A stretch of 64,000 nt of DNA. Source: an uncultured delta proteobacterium (lineage in GTDB: Bacteria; Desulfobacterota; Desulfuromonadia; Geobacterales; DSM-12255). Position 1 is the stretch's first letter. Each line of letters starts with the position of its first letter. Of this stretch, positions 31,502 to 42,559 are shown one piece after another. The position numbers and the translations under genes were made by a program. Location: contig CAWBBV010000024.1 in NCBI GenBank assembly GCA_963787125.1, positions 110,114 to 174,113 of the forward strand. Direction: 5' to 3'. The notes under the pieces are model-generated. The model saw nothing but the letters and a program-made list of their open reading frames with translations, did no database searches and was not told the DNA's origin.

Positions 31502-32011
31502 TTGAACCTGAACTATTTAAAGATAGGTCTTTTATTTGTCGCCACTATTTTTGTTATAGCGGTAGCAGCACCAGAGGCGTATTCCGGGGAAAAAATATTC
31601 AAATATGACGATCAGTATGTCCGGATTGAGGCTGGGATGATTAGCGGTGGGAGCAAGGGCACTGCTGGAATAGAGGTGCTGATGACGCCAATGTCTGGTT
31701 GGAAACTCCTCGCAGACAACTCTTCCAGCATCAAGCCGCTACGCCTTAAGTTGCTGTCGTCGAAATGTCTGCAATTGAAAGACGCAACGCAATTTTCACC
31801 ACCGGACCTTTCCGGAACGGATGACAGTGGTGTCTATTCGGAGTACTTTACAAAAACAGCAACTCTCAGGCAGGAGTTCTCGCTGCTGAAGTGTCTGCCA
31901 AAGAGCGGCTTAGTCAGTTCCGCTACCTTAACCTACCTGCTCTGTCAGAACAATAAATGCGTCGGTCCCTTTTCCAGAGAAATCAAATTTAAGGTGTCTG
32001 GCCAGAAATAA
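31502..32011 (+). CDS. DsbD N-terminal-like (Ig-fold) periplasmic protein
   Basis: Signal peptide; PMSGWKL, P.RL, LTYLLCQNNKC typical of DsbD-alpha domain. Confidence 0.65.
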   Translation: MNLNYLKIGLLFVATIFVIAVAAPEAYSGEKIFKYDDQYVRIEAGMISGGSKGTAGIEVLMTPMSGWKLLADNSSSIKPLRLKLLSSKCLQLKDATQFSPPDLSGTDDSGVYSEYFTKTATLRQEFSLLKCLPKSGLVSSATLTYLLCQNNKCVGPFSREIKFKVSGQK

Positions 32012-32057
32012 AACCGCTATAAAACTGACACAAGCAATCTGAACTTTGCCTGTTTTA

Positions 32058-33551
32058 TTATTCAACCTTTCGCATAACAAGCCGACTGCCTCTTTCGGCC
32101 TGTGTATCGTCTTTAGGCTCTACTTCCAGAAGCAGCAGTTCCTTGCTGTGATCATCGTAAGAAAAATCTGCGAGGTAATTCTGACTCTGCCCGGTACGCC
32201 ATTTTTCCTGTAAGGACGTTCCATTCCAGGAGAATCGTACCACGCTGTTTTTAGAAAAACCACGGCTGCCGCTGTTGGTTGAACCGCTGTTGCGTGAGGC
32301 TACCACGTCGCCGGATTTAGTGGTCAGAAGGCGCTGTGGCGGCGTAAAACTACAAGAGGGAGCCAAAGGAAGAGTGGAGATTTTGTCTGACTGGCATGTG
32401 ATGGCTTCACTGCCGCCGAATTTGTCGCGACTTTTCCAGAGCAGCTTTCTTTCCTTGGAGTAAACCAGGAGATAGCCCTCAGGGTGGCCAACTATAAAAA
32501 GCTGCTTCCCTTTTGAGTCGGAAAACTGGTTGAAGTTGTAAAGATTGGCGAAGGAAGGCAACTGTAGCGGGCTGTCAGTTGTGAAATTATCGTCACTTTT
32601 GCTCAGTCTGGATACATTGCCGGTGAAGTTGCCGCCGGTATCTATTTTCTGCGCAAAGACTTGTGGCTCGTTCCCTTCCAGAGCAATGCTTCTCAGCATG
32701 TAAGGAAGATCGCCGACAATTTTCTTCAGGACATTGTTTTCGGGGATATATACCTGGGAAGCAGGCAGACCACCTTTTAATAAACTTACATACACTTCCG
32801 GTACCCCGTTCTTGTCCAGATCCGCTACATCTACACCAACGATTTTTTCATCAGCCTCGAACACCACTGCTGAAAGGAACTGCAAGCTGTCTGCTTTAAG
32901 GTAGTAACGCAAATAGCGCTCTCCGGATACAAAAACCTCTACCCCCTTATTAGCTATTGTTCTGCCGCTTGCAATGCCGGTTAAAACTTCAGGAAGTCTA
33001 TGGCTGATCCACGGTTTTTCTGACAATTTATCCTCTTTGGGTAAATATACAGGCACTGTTTCAACTCGGGTTGTCCCCTTTGCAGCTAATGGTTTATTCG
33101 GAATCTTTTTTGTTGGAAGAGTCAATGTATTGCCGGTTGTTTCCTGCGAAAGTGTCGGGTTCCATTTAAAGATCGCACGACGAAGTTGGTTAGCCATCTC
33201 GGTTACAGCCGGGATCAGTTCATTCATTGTATCGCCTTGGACAAATACCCGGTCAATAAAGACCCCGGCGCTGGTCTTTATAAGAGCGTCAAGACTGAAA
33301 ATAGTCCCAAAGACAATATAGCTGCCGGCAATCTGAATCTCGGCATCTGATTGATTTTCAACTGTCTGGATCCCGGTGCTATTCAGCCTGGACATGAGCA
33401 GTGTCTGTAATGACAACCTCAACTCTTCCTTATTTTCAGCAGAGGAAACCGTAAACCTGTTTACGTAGGCTTTGACCATGGCAGCGTGCCCTGTTTGACT
33501 GGTCAGAAAAAATGTCATTATAATGACTAAACAACAAACGACTTTGTTCAT
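32058..33551 (-). CDS. Exported FG-GAP/VCBS repeat protein
   Basis: Signal peptide; VDVADLDKNGVPEVYV repeat motif. Confidence 0.7.
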   Translation of the reverse strand: MNKVVCCLVIIMTFFLTSQTGHAAMVKAYVNRFTVSSAENKEELRLSLQTLLMSRLNSTGIQTVENQSDAEIQIAGSYIVFGTIFSLDALIKTSAGVFIDRVFVQGDTMNELIPAVTEMANQLRRAIFKWNPTLSQETTGNTLTLPTKKIPNKPLAAKGTTRVETVPVYLPKEDKLSEKPWISHRLPEVLTGIASGRTIANKGVEVFVSGERYLRYYLKADSLQFLSAVVFEADEKIVGVDVADLDKNGVPEVYVSLLKGGLPASQVYIPENNVLKKIVGDLPYMLRSIALEGNEPQVFAQKIDTGGNFTGNVSRLSKSDDNFTTDSPLQLPSFANLYNFNQFSDSKGKQLFIVGHPEGYLLVYSKERKLLWKSRDKFGGSEAITCQSDKISTLPLAPSCSFTPPQRLLTTKSGDVVASRNSGSTNSGSRGFSKNSVVRFSWNGTSLQEKWRTGQSQNYLADFSYDDHSKELLLLEVEPKDDTQAERGSRLVMRKVE

Positions 33552-33763
33552 ATAAATTCCTTACAGAGGTTGATTGGCAATTTAGAATTTAACCTGCTTG
33601 CCAAGGGTACGCGTCTGGAAATGAAGAACCGCTAAATACTCAGATTAGATCATATGGTTGGAGCTACCTTCCTACAAGTTAACTTCAATTTCCAATTCTG
33701 TCAAATAATCCACTGCCGGGAATGGTGATGAATTAATGCAAGCTGTGAATGTATAAACGGTGC

Positions 33764-35932
33764 TCAGGAGCATTGATCAAGGTGCAACGTGTCCACAAAG
33801 TTACCTAACGCTGCATGCACCCTGTCAGAACCTGCGCCGCTGAGAATCCCGTGACGACCGAGGTCGAACGAAATCATATTCTTGTTAAGTGAACCTACGT
33901 TCTGATAAAGCTCTTCAGTCCCTTCATGGTCAACAACCGGATCGTTGAGCGTCTGCACTATCAGAACCGGTACCAAAATGGCAGGCAATTTATCTTCAAG
34001 GGTTTTCATAAACTTCTCCATTTCCCAGAGTGACGAGACGGGGAGACGCGCATAGTTGATGTCAGGATGTTCAGGATTAATCGCTAAAAAATCCTTGCGG
34101 CCTTGATCGATTTTCAGGACATCCATTAATCTGTTCCATAAAGCAACTGCAGGCGCAAAACCGGAGCTGAGATCCCGGAGTCGTGCCGGGGGGGCTACAG
34201 CAAAGACTCCGGCAAGATTGTCGATCCTGCTGGCACAGTCAAGCGCCAGACCACCACCAAAAGAAAAGCCGCCAACTGCCACACGCTTGCAGATTGAGCT
34301 CAGCAGCGCATATCCTGTATCCACAGATTCTACCCACTCCCCGGCACTGCGCGCAGCCAGATCTTCCGGTGATGTGCCGTGCCCCCTGACTCTGACCAGG
34401 TAGACGTAATATCCTTTGGCATTAAAGTAGCGTGCCGTTGCCATCATTTCAGCCGGCGCTGCAAGGAAACCGTGGATTAGTAAAATTCCGAGATCATGAT
34501 GTTTTCCTGAAAGCAGAACCGGGGCACCTACTGACCGTTCCTTGCTTTCTCCTTGAATGCTGAACTTTTTGTAATCATCTCTGAACTGCAGCCGGGCATC
34601 CTGTCGGAGTGATCTGGCAACCAGCTTTTTGACGACAAAATCGGGAAGCCACGCTGTCAATAGCACTTTACGGCTGACAGCATGAAGTGCCGCCATTTCA
34701 TTAGCAATCACTGCCAACGGATTATCGATACGCAACTGTAGGCTGGTGGCGGTTTTATTGAAACGCCCCGGAATCAGGATGAGTTGATCATCGTTCTGAC
34801 TGACCATGCCGCTATCGAGTGCGAGTTTAAGAAAATCGCGGTACTTATGAAAGCGGTCGTCTGTCAGGAGCGCAACCTGACCGATAGCAAGACTGCTGTG
34901 GCAATGGCCTGCGCATACTTTCGGCAAATTGCGGGTCAGGAGAAAAACTCTGCGTTTTAAGTCTATAGCAGCAATGTTGTTGAAGGGGAGTGCCTTTAGC
35001 AGCGCGGCAAAGAGATGATCATGATTAACGGTGGTCATGCTGTAGATGGAGGCCATATAAGCGTGCGTCAATTTGGCCGCTTTCCTGCGCATTTCAGGCA
35101 GTGATGGCAGTTCGTCGTTGAAATTTATCTGACGGCTGGAAAGCAGATCCGTTTTTATGCGTGATGAAGCGAGACTGGGGGCAATCTCGATCGGTTCGCC
35201 GAAGCGGATATCAATATCAACACCAGAGAGGAGCATGGTCCCCTCGGTCAGCATCTCCTCTCGCAGCCTTTCTGACAGGTTATCGATGTATCGGTCAGCC
35301 AGTTCACTGATAAGGTTCTCTCTGGACCTGATCGGGTAATAAGTTATATTGACAGGGACGATCCAGGTTTTCCGGGCCGTTACCGGCGTCAGATCGTAAA
35401 TCTTGAACAAACCGGCAGTACGTAAGGCTTCAGCCGGATTCAAGTCTATGAGCCCCCGGAGTCGCTGTCGATAGAATTCGGTACGCAGCGCCAGAGATGC
35501 CGCTCCGGTGTGAGCCTGGAGTTGTTCCGGGCGGGGTAAGCCGAAGAACGACGGTGATTGGACGAACCTTTTTTCCTTGTCCATTCTTCCTTCAGGAAAG
35601 ATGATCCAGTTAGCTTCACCGGTGAGCAGACTTTTGACAATGAGCTGGTCGCGATCGGGGCTGCGCGTGGAGACAGCGCCAACTGTCTCCAGAAAACCGG
35701 CAAACGGTCCTTCAAAGAAAGCAGCATCTGCCAGCGACCAGACTGATGTGCCGGTGAGTTTGTGAATGTGGTATGGCAAAAGCAGCGTTTCCAGGCGGGT
35801 GAAATGATTGCCGACAAAGATGATGGAGCCTTGCGGAAGCTTCTCCTTATCATGGATTATCACTTTAAGGCGTGAGAGTTTCTCCATCATGGCAATCATT
35901 TTGCCAGTGGCCAGATAAGCGTAGCGGTTCAC
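33764..35932 (-). CDS. Acyltransferase (PlsC/GPAT-like) fused to alpha/beta hydrolase
   Basis: NHFTRLE and IFPEG acyltransferase blocks; IHGF, GFSFGG nucleophile elbow, DPVV, terminal His. Confidence 0.85.
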   Translation of the reverse strand: MNRYAYLATGKMIAMMEKLSRLKVIIHDKEKLPQGSIIFVGNHFTRLETLLLPYHIHKLTGTSVWSLADAAFFEGPFAGFLETVGAVSTRSPDRDQLIVKSLLTGEANWIIFPEGRMDKEKRFVQSPSFFGLPRPEQLQAHTGAASLALRTEFYRQRLRGLIDLNPAEALRTAGLFKIYDLTPVTARKTWIVPVNITYYPIRSRENLISELADRYIDNLSERLREEMLTEGTMLLSGVDIDIRFGEPIEIAPSLASSRIKTDLLSSRQINFNDELPSLPEMRRKAAKLTHAYMASIYSMTTVNHDHLFAALLKALPFNNIAAIDLKRRVFLLTRNLPKVCAGHCHSSLAIGQVALLTDDRFHKYRDFLKLALDSGMVSQNDDQLILIPGRFNKTATSLQLRIDNPLAVIANEMAALHAVSRKVLLTAWLPDFVVKKLVARSLRQDARLQFRDDYKKFSIQGESKERSVGAPVLLSGKHHDLGILLIHGFLAAPAEMMATARYFNAKGYYVYLVRVRGHGTSPEDLAARSAGEWVESVDTGYALLSSICKRVAVGGFSFGGGLALDCASRIDNLAGVFAVAPPARLRDLSSGFAPAVALWNRLMDVLKIDQGRKDFLAINPEHPDINYARLPVSSLWEMEKFMKTLEDKLPAILVPVLIVQTLNDPVVDHEGTEELYQNVGSLNKNMISFDLGRHGILSGAGSDRVHAALGNFVDTLHLDQCS

Positions 35933-36738
35933 GGTCCGGTCTCCAGTTTTGCCCTGAGCCAGCCGGGACGGTTGGTGATAAGGGTGTCGACACCGAGGGC
36001 GGCGAAGCGTCGTCCGGCGCTAACGCTATCTACCGTCCAGACGTGAATCTCTTTTCCCCTCTGCCGGAGTGTCTTTACCAGTTCCTCGTTAACCAGAGAA
36101 CCCGCTTTACCGCCAAGTCCGTCTGCAGCGGACTCCTCAAGAGTCGTCACGATGTTTTCAAGAAGATTTTTACCTCCGGATAACGGGGATGACTGCTCAA
36201 ATGCTGTCAGCCAGCAGGTGCGATAGCGCGTGTTTGAGCGCTTGATCTCTTTAAGCAGGTCCGAGTTGAAAGCCAGAATGCGGATCTGCTCTGGCGGTGT
36301 CTGCAGCTCAGCCAGCAGTTGTAACAGGGGCGGGATAATTTCTGCACCGCTTTTCAGTTCGATGAAAAGCCGCTTGCCGCTGGGGAGGGCTTTGAGAATG
36401 GTATCCAGGGTAGGTATGCTCTGGCGCGACAGTTTGTCTCCACCCCTGCAGCCGGCATCCAACAGGGAGAGGTCGGCAAGAGAACTGTTGGCAACGACCA
36501 GATTTACCCCTGTCGTTCGCAGGCTGGTAGCGTCATGCATGGCAACTATCCGCTTGTCCAGAGTGAGGCGAAAGTCGGCCTCAACGCCGTCAGCACCTTC
36601 GAGCCAGGCAAGTTCAAATGCGGCCATGGTGTTCTCAGGGGCGCTGTGTGACGCGCCTCTATGACCTACTATCAGCGGCCTGCTGCTAGAGCCGTTTTGG
36701 CGTTGGTCGCCTGTTTGGTCGCTTTCAGAGATTTGCAT
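35929..36738 (-). CDS. Glycerophosphodiester phosphodiesterase
   Basis: GHRGAS..PENT, EAD, MHD, IELK, WTVD, ITNRP; start uncertain. Confidence 0.9.
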   Translation of the reverse strand: MQISESDQTGDQRQNGSSSRPLIVGHRGASHSAPENTMAAFELAWLEGADGVEADFRLTLDKRIVAMHDATSLRTTGVNLVVANSSLADLSLLDAGCRGGDKLSRQSIPTLDTILKALPSGKRLFIELKSGAEIIPPLLQLLAELQTPPEQIRILAFNSDLLKEIKRSNTRYRTCWLTAFEQSSPLSGGKNLLENIVTTLEESAADGLGGKAGSLVNEELVKTLRQRGKEIHVWTVDSVSAGRRFAALGVDTLITNRPGWLRAKLETGP

Positions 36739-39640
36739 AAATGTTGAAGTAAACCTGATCCGTGCCGTAAACTTTATCAAAACCGTGTGCATAGCCGATT
36801 GCCGGGGTAATTTTGAGCCAATAGCCGACCGTCAGGTCGATTCTTAGCTCCATGCCTGCGCCGGTCATAATATCTTTTCCTTTAAAGGAGCGGTCGGTAT
36901 TCCAGCTCTCACCGGCATCAACAAATAGTGCCCCATGGAGGCGATCCAGAAAGAGAGGTTGTGTGCCGAATCCGTGGAGCAGGTATGATATGGGGAATCT
37001 GTATTCTACTGTGCCGGTCGCAATGCGGTTGCCGGCTGTGAAGTAGGAGTCGTAGCCTCTGAGCCCGAATGGATTTAAAAAAGAAGTAGCGCCACCGAGC
37101 TGAAAAGATTGTTGTGCTGTCTGCTCGCCGTCTGCAATGCCGGCATTTACCCTTGTCAAGATATTGTGGTGCTTGAAAAGGGGGAAAAACTCCTCCCATG
37201 AGGCTGTAGCTTCCCTTGTATCGATTTCGCTCCCGGAAGCTTTACCGAAATACTCAAATTTTAAAGAGATGTTACGTCCTTCCTCAGTGGTTATTGACCA
37301 GGGGTATTTTTGCTGATTTGAGTAGTTAACCCCTGCAAAAAAACTGTCGTGCCTGCCCGCAAAAACAGGTTTCCCGTTATAAGCTACAAGTCTGCCGGTT
37401 GTGAGATGTTGCTGGTCGCGCAGGTGGTAGCCGCCATTGACCGACCAACCTGATTCAAGACTCCCCAGCGGCGTACTGACAGAGGCGACCAGGCCCCGCT
37501 CGATTTCAGTGTAATCACCCGATCGAATCAAGTTGGAGTAAGTGGCCGGGAGTGCATAGCCGTGAAGGCTATAAGTAGGGACAAATCTGCCATACCGGTA
37601 GATGGCTTCAAAGTACTCTTTATTGAAACCGGTGCCATAAAGGATTTTCCCCAGATAACTGTGATAACCGAGAACATCCTGACCGGCAGTCATTGCGCCG
37701 ACAGCTGAAGAGGTTGCGCCCTCTGGTATGAGCGTCGGCAACCAGAACCTGGGGAGCAGGGTAGGGAGCGGGTCGAAGGGTTTTGACTGTAATGACAGCG
37801 GCTCTGAAAGTGGTGCTGCTGCCTCGGTCAACAGACTGTTAACCGGGTAAAGGTCACTGTTTATAGATGGGGCAGAGGATCCGGTTTTGCGGAGGTTTGC
37901 TTGAGGGATCACGGCAACTGTCGCGCCAAAGGATGAGTACTCTTCTATCGCCAACGACTGGTCAACAGGTGAGATGTCGGGTGAAAAGGCGCCGGACAGC
38001 AGGTGGGTAATCTGTTTTGCCTCGCCCGAGCCGAGTTTGTAGCTGTAGATGTTGAACACACCGGTGGCATTGGAGGAGAAGAAAATAGTCTTGCCGTCCG
38101 GCGCCCAGGTCGGAGCGTCTATAGCGTGGCCGTTAGTGAGGAGCTCACGGACCGGTGCAGCTTCGAGGGTCAGCAGGTTCAAAGATGATCTTCCGTTGCT
38201 GTCGGTCAGGGCGAAGGCGATGTTTTTACCGTCCGGGGACCAGCGGGGCGATGAAATTCTACCCTCTTTATAGTTCGTCAGCAGGTCCGGTTTGACCGCG
38301 GTACGTTCTGCGGCAAGATCCTTGAGTTCCAGCAGGCCGATATTCTGACTCCCACGACTGTTGATAACGACTGCCAATCTGTTGCCATCGGGCGATATAT
38401 CCGGTTCCGTTGCTCTTAAACTCTTGGTAAGTCGCTTTATTTTTTTCGTTTTCAGGTCATAACGGTAAATATCCTGATTATTATTCCCCTCTCTTGAAAG
38501 TTCTGCCTGGGTGAAGAAGAGACTGCCGTTGTCTTTGGCCCAGGCGATAGTGCCATCGCCGGGATTGCGGCGAAACTTTGCCACCTCTGTCCCGTCAACG
38601 GATCTGATGATAATGACCGGATAAGAGTGTCTGTCATTGCTATTGCAGGCAAGCAGTTTACCGTCAGGGGAATAACGTGGATTTGTTTCTGAAACCGATA
38701 GCTTGCCAATTCTTCTGGTGACAGTGAACGGCTCGGTCTTAAGGGAGTCGATTCGTCTGTTTTGCTCCTGAATCATCTGAGCAAGCATCTCGCCGTAGAG
38801 CGTGGCGTACCCTTTACCGCTGATCTGGTCTTGCGGGGCTTGATTGATAAAGTAAGGGAAACGTCCGGACTGCTGGATGGAGATGCTGCCGGGGAGCTCT
38901 TTGCCATATGTAGCGGCAATGTACTGAATCAAACTGGAACCGAAAATGTACGGTGAATTCCCTTCAGGCCAGGAGGGCAGGTCACCGTTTATCTTGTCGA
39001 TGCCCGGAAGGTTGTCATCTGCCACTGCTGTTCGATAAAGCATCTGATAGTAGCTGCTGCGTCCTCTGCCCGAGGTTGTCAGTTCGGTTTCAGCCCAGGT
39101 TGAGAACCCTTCGTGCCACCAGCGGGGCATCATCATGTTTGGTGGCCCGGTAGCGACAAAAGTGAGCAGACTTAAAAGATCCCCAAGGGGGACAACTTTG
39201 CCGAATATCTGCCGTGTTCTCTTGCTGTAACCCTGGACCGGGTCAGAGGTGAGGACGTGGGCGTATTCATGGACTATCAGGAGCCGCAGCCAGTTGTCAT
39301 ATTCGCCCAGTGATGAAGCCATTGACGGTGGTGCGGTCTGCAGGTAGATCAGATTGTAAGGGACAACGGTCGTCACGCCGTTGGCAAAGTCCGAGTTGTC
39401 AGCAATAACAATATGCGTTTTCTCTTGGGGTTGCCACTGCAGAAGCTTCGTCAGCTTGCCCTGGATCTCCTCGGCTGTGGCCGCAGCACGACCGGCAATA
39501 TCTTCCAGACCTTGATGGTAGTAGATAGTGAAGTGCTCAGTCTGGATAACGGAGAAGTCAAAAGCGGGATCAAACATTGCCGTATTTCCCGGCAGTGGAA
39601 AAAGGAGAAATAAGGCAAAAACCAGAAAAAACCTTTTCAT
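36725..39640 (-). CDS. Omp85/BamA-superfamily protein with zincin-like N-domain and PD40/TolB beta-propeller
   Basis: HEYAH + WWHEG; SPDG repeats; LRGY, VEYRFP, FVDAG barrel motifs. Confidence 0.8.
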   Translation of the reverse strand: MKRFFLVFALFLLFPLPGNTAMFDPAFDFSVIQTEHFTIYYHQGLEDIAGRAAATAEEIQGKLTKLLQWQPQEKTHIVIADNSDFANGVTTVVPYNLIYLQTAPPSMASSLGEYDNWLRLLIVHEYAHVLTSDPVQGYSKRTRQIFGKVVPLGDLLSLLTFVATGPPNMMMPRWWHEGFSTWAETELTTSGRGRSSYYQMLYRTAVADDNLPGIDKINGDLPSWPEGNSPYIFGSSLIQYIAATYGKELPGSISIQQSGRFPYFINQAPQDQISGKGYATLYGEMLAQMIQEQNRRIDSLKTEPFTVTRRIGKLSVSETNPRYSPDGKLLACNSNDRHSYPVIIIRSVDGTEVAKFRRNPGDGTIAWAKDNGSLFFTQAELSREGNNNQDIYRYDLKTKKIKRLTKSLRATEPDISPDGNRLAVVINSRGSQNIGLLELKDLAAERTAVKPDLLTNYKEGRISSPRWSPDGKNIAFALTDSNGRSSLNLLTLEAAPVRELLTNGHAIDAPTWAPDGKTIFFSSNATGVFNIYSYKLGSGEAKQITHLLSGAFSPDISPVDQSLAIEEYSSFGATVAVIPQANLRKTGSSAPSINSDLYPVNSLLTEAAAPLSEPLSLQSKPFDPLPTLLPRFWLPTLIPEGATSSAVGAMTAGQDVLGYHSYLGKILYGTGFNKEYFEAIYRYGRFVPTYSLHGYALPATYSNLIRSGDYTEIERGLVASVSTPLGSLESGWSVNGGYHLRDQQHLTTGRLVAYNGKPVFAGRHDSFFAGVNYSNQQKYPWSITTEEGRNISLKFEYFGKASGSEIDTREATASWEEFFPLFKHHNILTRVNAGIADGEQTAQQSFQLGGATSFLNPFGLRGYDSYFTAGNRIATGTVEYRFPISYLLHGFGTQPLFLDRLHGALFVDAGESWNTDRSFKGKDIMTGAGMELRIDLTVGYWLKITPAIGYAHGFDKVYGTDQVYFNIYANL

Positions 39641-39672
39641 TAACAAAACTCCATCAGGTAGTGATTCTAGCG

Positions 39673-39707
39673 TTGACAAACGCCGGAAATTTCGTATACA
39701 GTATACA
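39673..39707 (+). promoter_or_regulatory. acnB promoter with overlapping GTATAC-A-GTATAC operator (HgtR-like)
   Basis: TTGACA at 39673; GTATACAGTATAC at 39694-39706 covers the -10 region. Confidence 0.65.
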
Positions 39708-39774
39708 CCATTTTACCCCCAGATCAGCTATTAAAACCTGCAATTTAGGCAGATAAACAAGGAGGAAGAGAGAG

Positions 39775-42306
39775 ATGATTGAAGCGTATCTGAAGCATCA
39801 GGAAGAGCGTAACGCACAGGGTATACCGGCGCTGCCACTCACCCCGGAGCAGACAACAGACCTCTGTAAACTACTGGAAAATCCACCGGCAGGCAAGGAA
39901 GAGTTTCTTGTCGAACTCCTTAAAGAGCGTGTTTCCCCAGGGGTAGATCCGGCAGCGGAAGTCAAGGCTGCATTTCTTGCAGACGTAGTCACAGGTACCA
40001 GGAAATCACCACTGATTTCCAAAGTTGATGCTGTGCGTATGCTTGGCACCATGCTCGGCGGTTACAACGTCTACCCTCTGGTCGATGCCCTCAAGGATGC
40101 TGATCTGGCTGGTGAGGCTGCGTGTGCACTCTCAGGCATGACCCTTGTATATGACGGTTTTGACCGGGTTGTCGAGCTTGCCAAGAGCAATGCAGCAGCC
40201 AAGATGGTTCTGACTTCATGGGCAAATGCCGAGTGGTTCACCAATCGCGCCGGTGTTCCCGAAACGATCAAGGTGAAGGTATTTAAAGTAGAAGGCGAGA
40301 TCAACACTGACGATTTCTCTCCTGCAGGTGATGCCTGGAGCCGCCCTGATATCCCACTTCATGCCCTTGCCATGGGCAAGACCCGCTTCCCCAACCGTCT
40401 CAAGGATATAGCTGCCTGGCGCGCAGCCGGTCATCAGGTTGCCTTTGTCGGCGACGTTGTCGGTACCGGTTCTTCCCGCAAATCTGCCTGCAACTCCGTT
40501 CTTTGGCACATGGGGCAGGATATCCCCTGCGTACCGAACAAAAAGACCGCCGGGGTAATTATCGGCTCCGTTATCGCACCAATCTTTTTCAACACTGCCC
40601 AGGATTCCGGCGCTCTGCCAATCAAGGCCGACGTGTCCAAATTGAACGACGGCGATGTTATCACCATTAATGCCGTCAAGGGCGAGATCTGCAATGAGGC
40701 CGGCGAAGTTATCTCCACTTTCAAGCTATCGCCTAATACCATCGCTGACGAGTTCCGCGCCGGTGGACGTATTCCGCTGATCATCGGCCGTGCCGTAACC
40801 GTCAATGCCCGTAAAGCGCTTGGTTTGGGTGAGACCGATGTTTTTACCCTCCCGGTAAACCCGGAGCCAAAGGCCGGTCAGGGCTACTCGCTGGCACAGA
40901 AGATGGTCGGCAAGGCCTGCGGTGTTACCGGCATTCTGCCGGGAACAGCCTGCGATCCGAAGATGACGACTGTCGGCAGCCAGGATACCACCGGGCCGAT
41001 GACTGCTGACGAGCTCAAAGAGCTTGCCTGCCTCAAATTTCTCTCCCCGATGTTCATGCAGTCGTTCTGCCATACAGCCGCGTATCCGAAGCCTGCTGAT
41101 GTCAAGATGCACAAAACTCTGCCCCAGTTCATCATCGAGCGTGGCGGCGTCCCCTTGAAGCCGGGCGATGGCGTTATCCACTCCTGGCTGAACCGCCTCC
41201 TCCTTCCCGACACTGTCGGTACTGGCGGCGACTCCCACACACGTTTCCCGATCGGTATCTCTTTCCCGGCAGGTTCCGGCCTGGTCGCTTTTGCCGGCGC
41301 AATGGGCTTCATGCCGCTGGATATGCCTGAATCAGTCCTTGTCCGCTTCAAGGGCAAGTTTAATCAGGGGATCACGCTGCGCGATGCCGTCAACGCCATC
41401 CCCTACTGGGCAATCAAGCAGGGTCACCTGACCGTTCCGAAAAAGAACAAGATTAACGTCTTCAACGGCCGCATTCTCGAGATGGAAGGTCTTCCCGACC
41501 TGACTGTAGAGCAGGCTTTCGAGCTGACCGACGCCGCTGCAGAGCGTTCAGCCGCAGCCGGGTGCATCCAGCTCTCCAAAGAGTCGGTAGCAAAGTACCT
41601 TCGCTCAAACGTCGCCCTGATGAAGCAGATGATCAAAGACGGTTATCAGGACGCCACAACCCTCCAGAACCGTATCGATGCAGTCAACGCCTGGCTTGCC
41701 AAGCCTGAACTGCTCGAAGCTGACAAGAATGCCGAATATGCCGCTGTTATCGAAATTGATCTTTCCGAGATTACCGAGCCGATTCTTGCCTGTCCGAACG
41801 ATCCAGATGATGTCAAGCTGCTCTCCGACGTTGCCGGAACTCCGATTCAAGATATTTTCCTCGGTTCCTGCATGACCAACATCGGCCATTTCCGCGCTGC
41901 CGGTGAAATCTGGCGCGGTCTCAAGTTTAATCCGGATGTCCGCACCTGGATCTGCCCGCCAACCCGCATGGATCAGGTGAAGTTGAAAGACGAAGCCTAC
42001 TTCTCGGTTTACAGCGCCTTTGGCGCCCGTATCGAGATCGCCGGATGTTCCCTCTGCATGGGTAATCAGGCGCGCGTCCCTGACGGGGTAAATATGTACT
42101 CAACCTCAACCCGTAACTTTGACGACAGGATCGGTAACGGTGCCAAGGTATTCCTCGGCTCCGCCGAGCTGGGCGCAGTAACGGCAACCATGGGTAAACT
42201 CCCGACTGTTGCCGAATTCATGGCGGTTTACAAAGAGAAGGTTGAGCCGAATAAAGAGAAAATCTACCAGTATCTCCAGTTTGATGAGATCGCTGAATAC
42301 AAGTAA
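39775..42306 (+). CDS. acnB: Aconitate hydratase B
   Basis: [39 protein letters not shown]. Confidence 0.98.
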   Translation: MIEAYLKHQEERNAQGIPALPLTPEQTTDLCKLLENPPAGKEEFLVELLKERVSPGVDPAAEVKAAFLADVVTGTRKSPLISKVDAVRMLGTMLGGYNVYPLVDALKDADLAGEAACALSGMTLVYDGFDRVVELAKSNAAAKMVLTSWANAEWFTNRAGVPETIKVKVFKVEGEINTDDFSPAGDAWSRPDIPLHALAMGKTRFPNRLKDIAAWRAAGHQVAFVGDVVGTGSSRKSACNSVLWHMGQDIPCVPNKKTAGVIIGSVIAPIFFNTAQDSGALPIKADVSKLNDGDVITINAVKGEICNEAGEVISTFKLSPNTIADEFRAGGRIPLIIGRAVTVNARKALGLGETDVFTLPVNPEPKAGQGYSLAQKMVGKACGVTGILPGTACDPKMTTVGSQDTTGPMTADELKELACLKFLSPMFMQSFCHTAAYPKPADVKMHKTLPQFIIERGGVPLKPGDGVIHSWLNRLLLPDTVGTGGDSHTRFPIGISFPAGSGLVAFAGAMGFMPLDMPESVLVRFKGKFNQGITLRDAVNAIPYWAIKQGHLTVPKKNKINVFNGRILEMEGLPDLTVEQAFELTDAAAERSAAAGCIQLSKESVAKYLRSNVALMKQMIKDGYQDATTLQNRIDAVNAWLAKPELLEADKNAEYAAVIEIDLSEITEPILACPNDPDDVKLLSDVAGTPIQDIFLGSCMTNIGHFRAAGEIWRGLKFNPDVRTWICPPTRMDQVKLKDEAYFSVYSAFGARIEIAGCSLCMGNQARVPDGVNMYSTSTRNFDDRIGNGAKVFLGSAELGAVTATMGKLPTVAEFMAVYKEKVEPNKEKIYQYLQFDEIAEYK

Positions 42307-42332
42307 ATTTTTCTGCTGAAAATGTTGTAAAT

Positions 42333-42371
42333 AAAGGAGGCTTGCCGGATAAATGGTGAGCCTCCTTTTTT
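42333..42371 (+). terminator. Intrinsic terminator after acnB
   Basis: AAAGGAGGCTT..GAGCCTCCTTTTTT. Confidence 0.8.
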
Positions 42372-42390
42372 ATCATCTGTCCTGGTAGTC

Positions 42391-42529
42391 TGGAGAATAT
42401 TCCCCACCAGAGTTGAATATTCTCCGTAATCACCTCCTGCCATATGTTCCCTGACATGTCCCGATAAATGAATACCGACTATAAATCAGTATGTTAACTG
42501 TTGATACTGTTTTTGGCATGAGAGTTGAA
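42391..42529 (+). promoter_or_regulatory. Putative sigma54 promoter with paired upstream activator boxes
   Basis: TTGGCATG-N4-TTGA at 42513; GAATATTC boxes at 42395 and 42415; IHF-like AATCAGtatgTTA. Confidence 0.55.
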
Positions 42530-42559
42530 GTATGTCTTGAAACGGTCAAGGAGGCTTAC

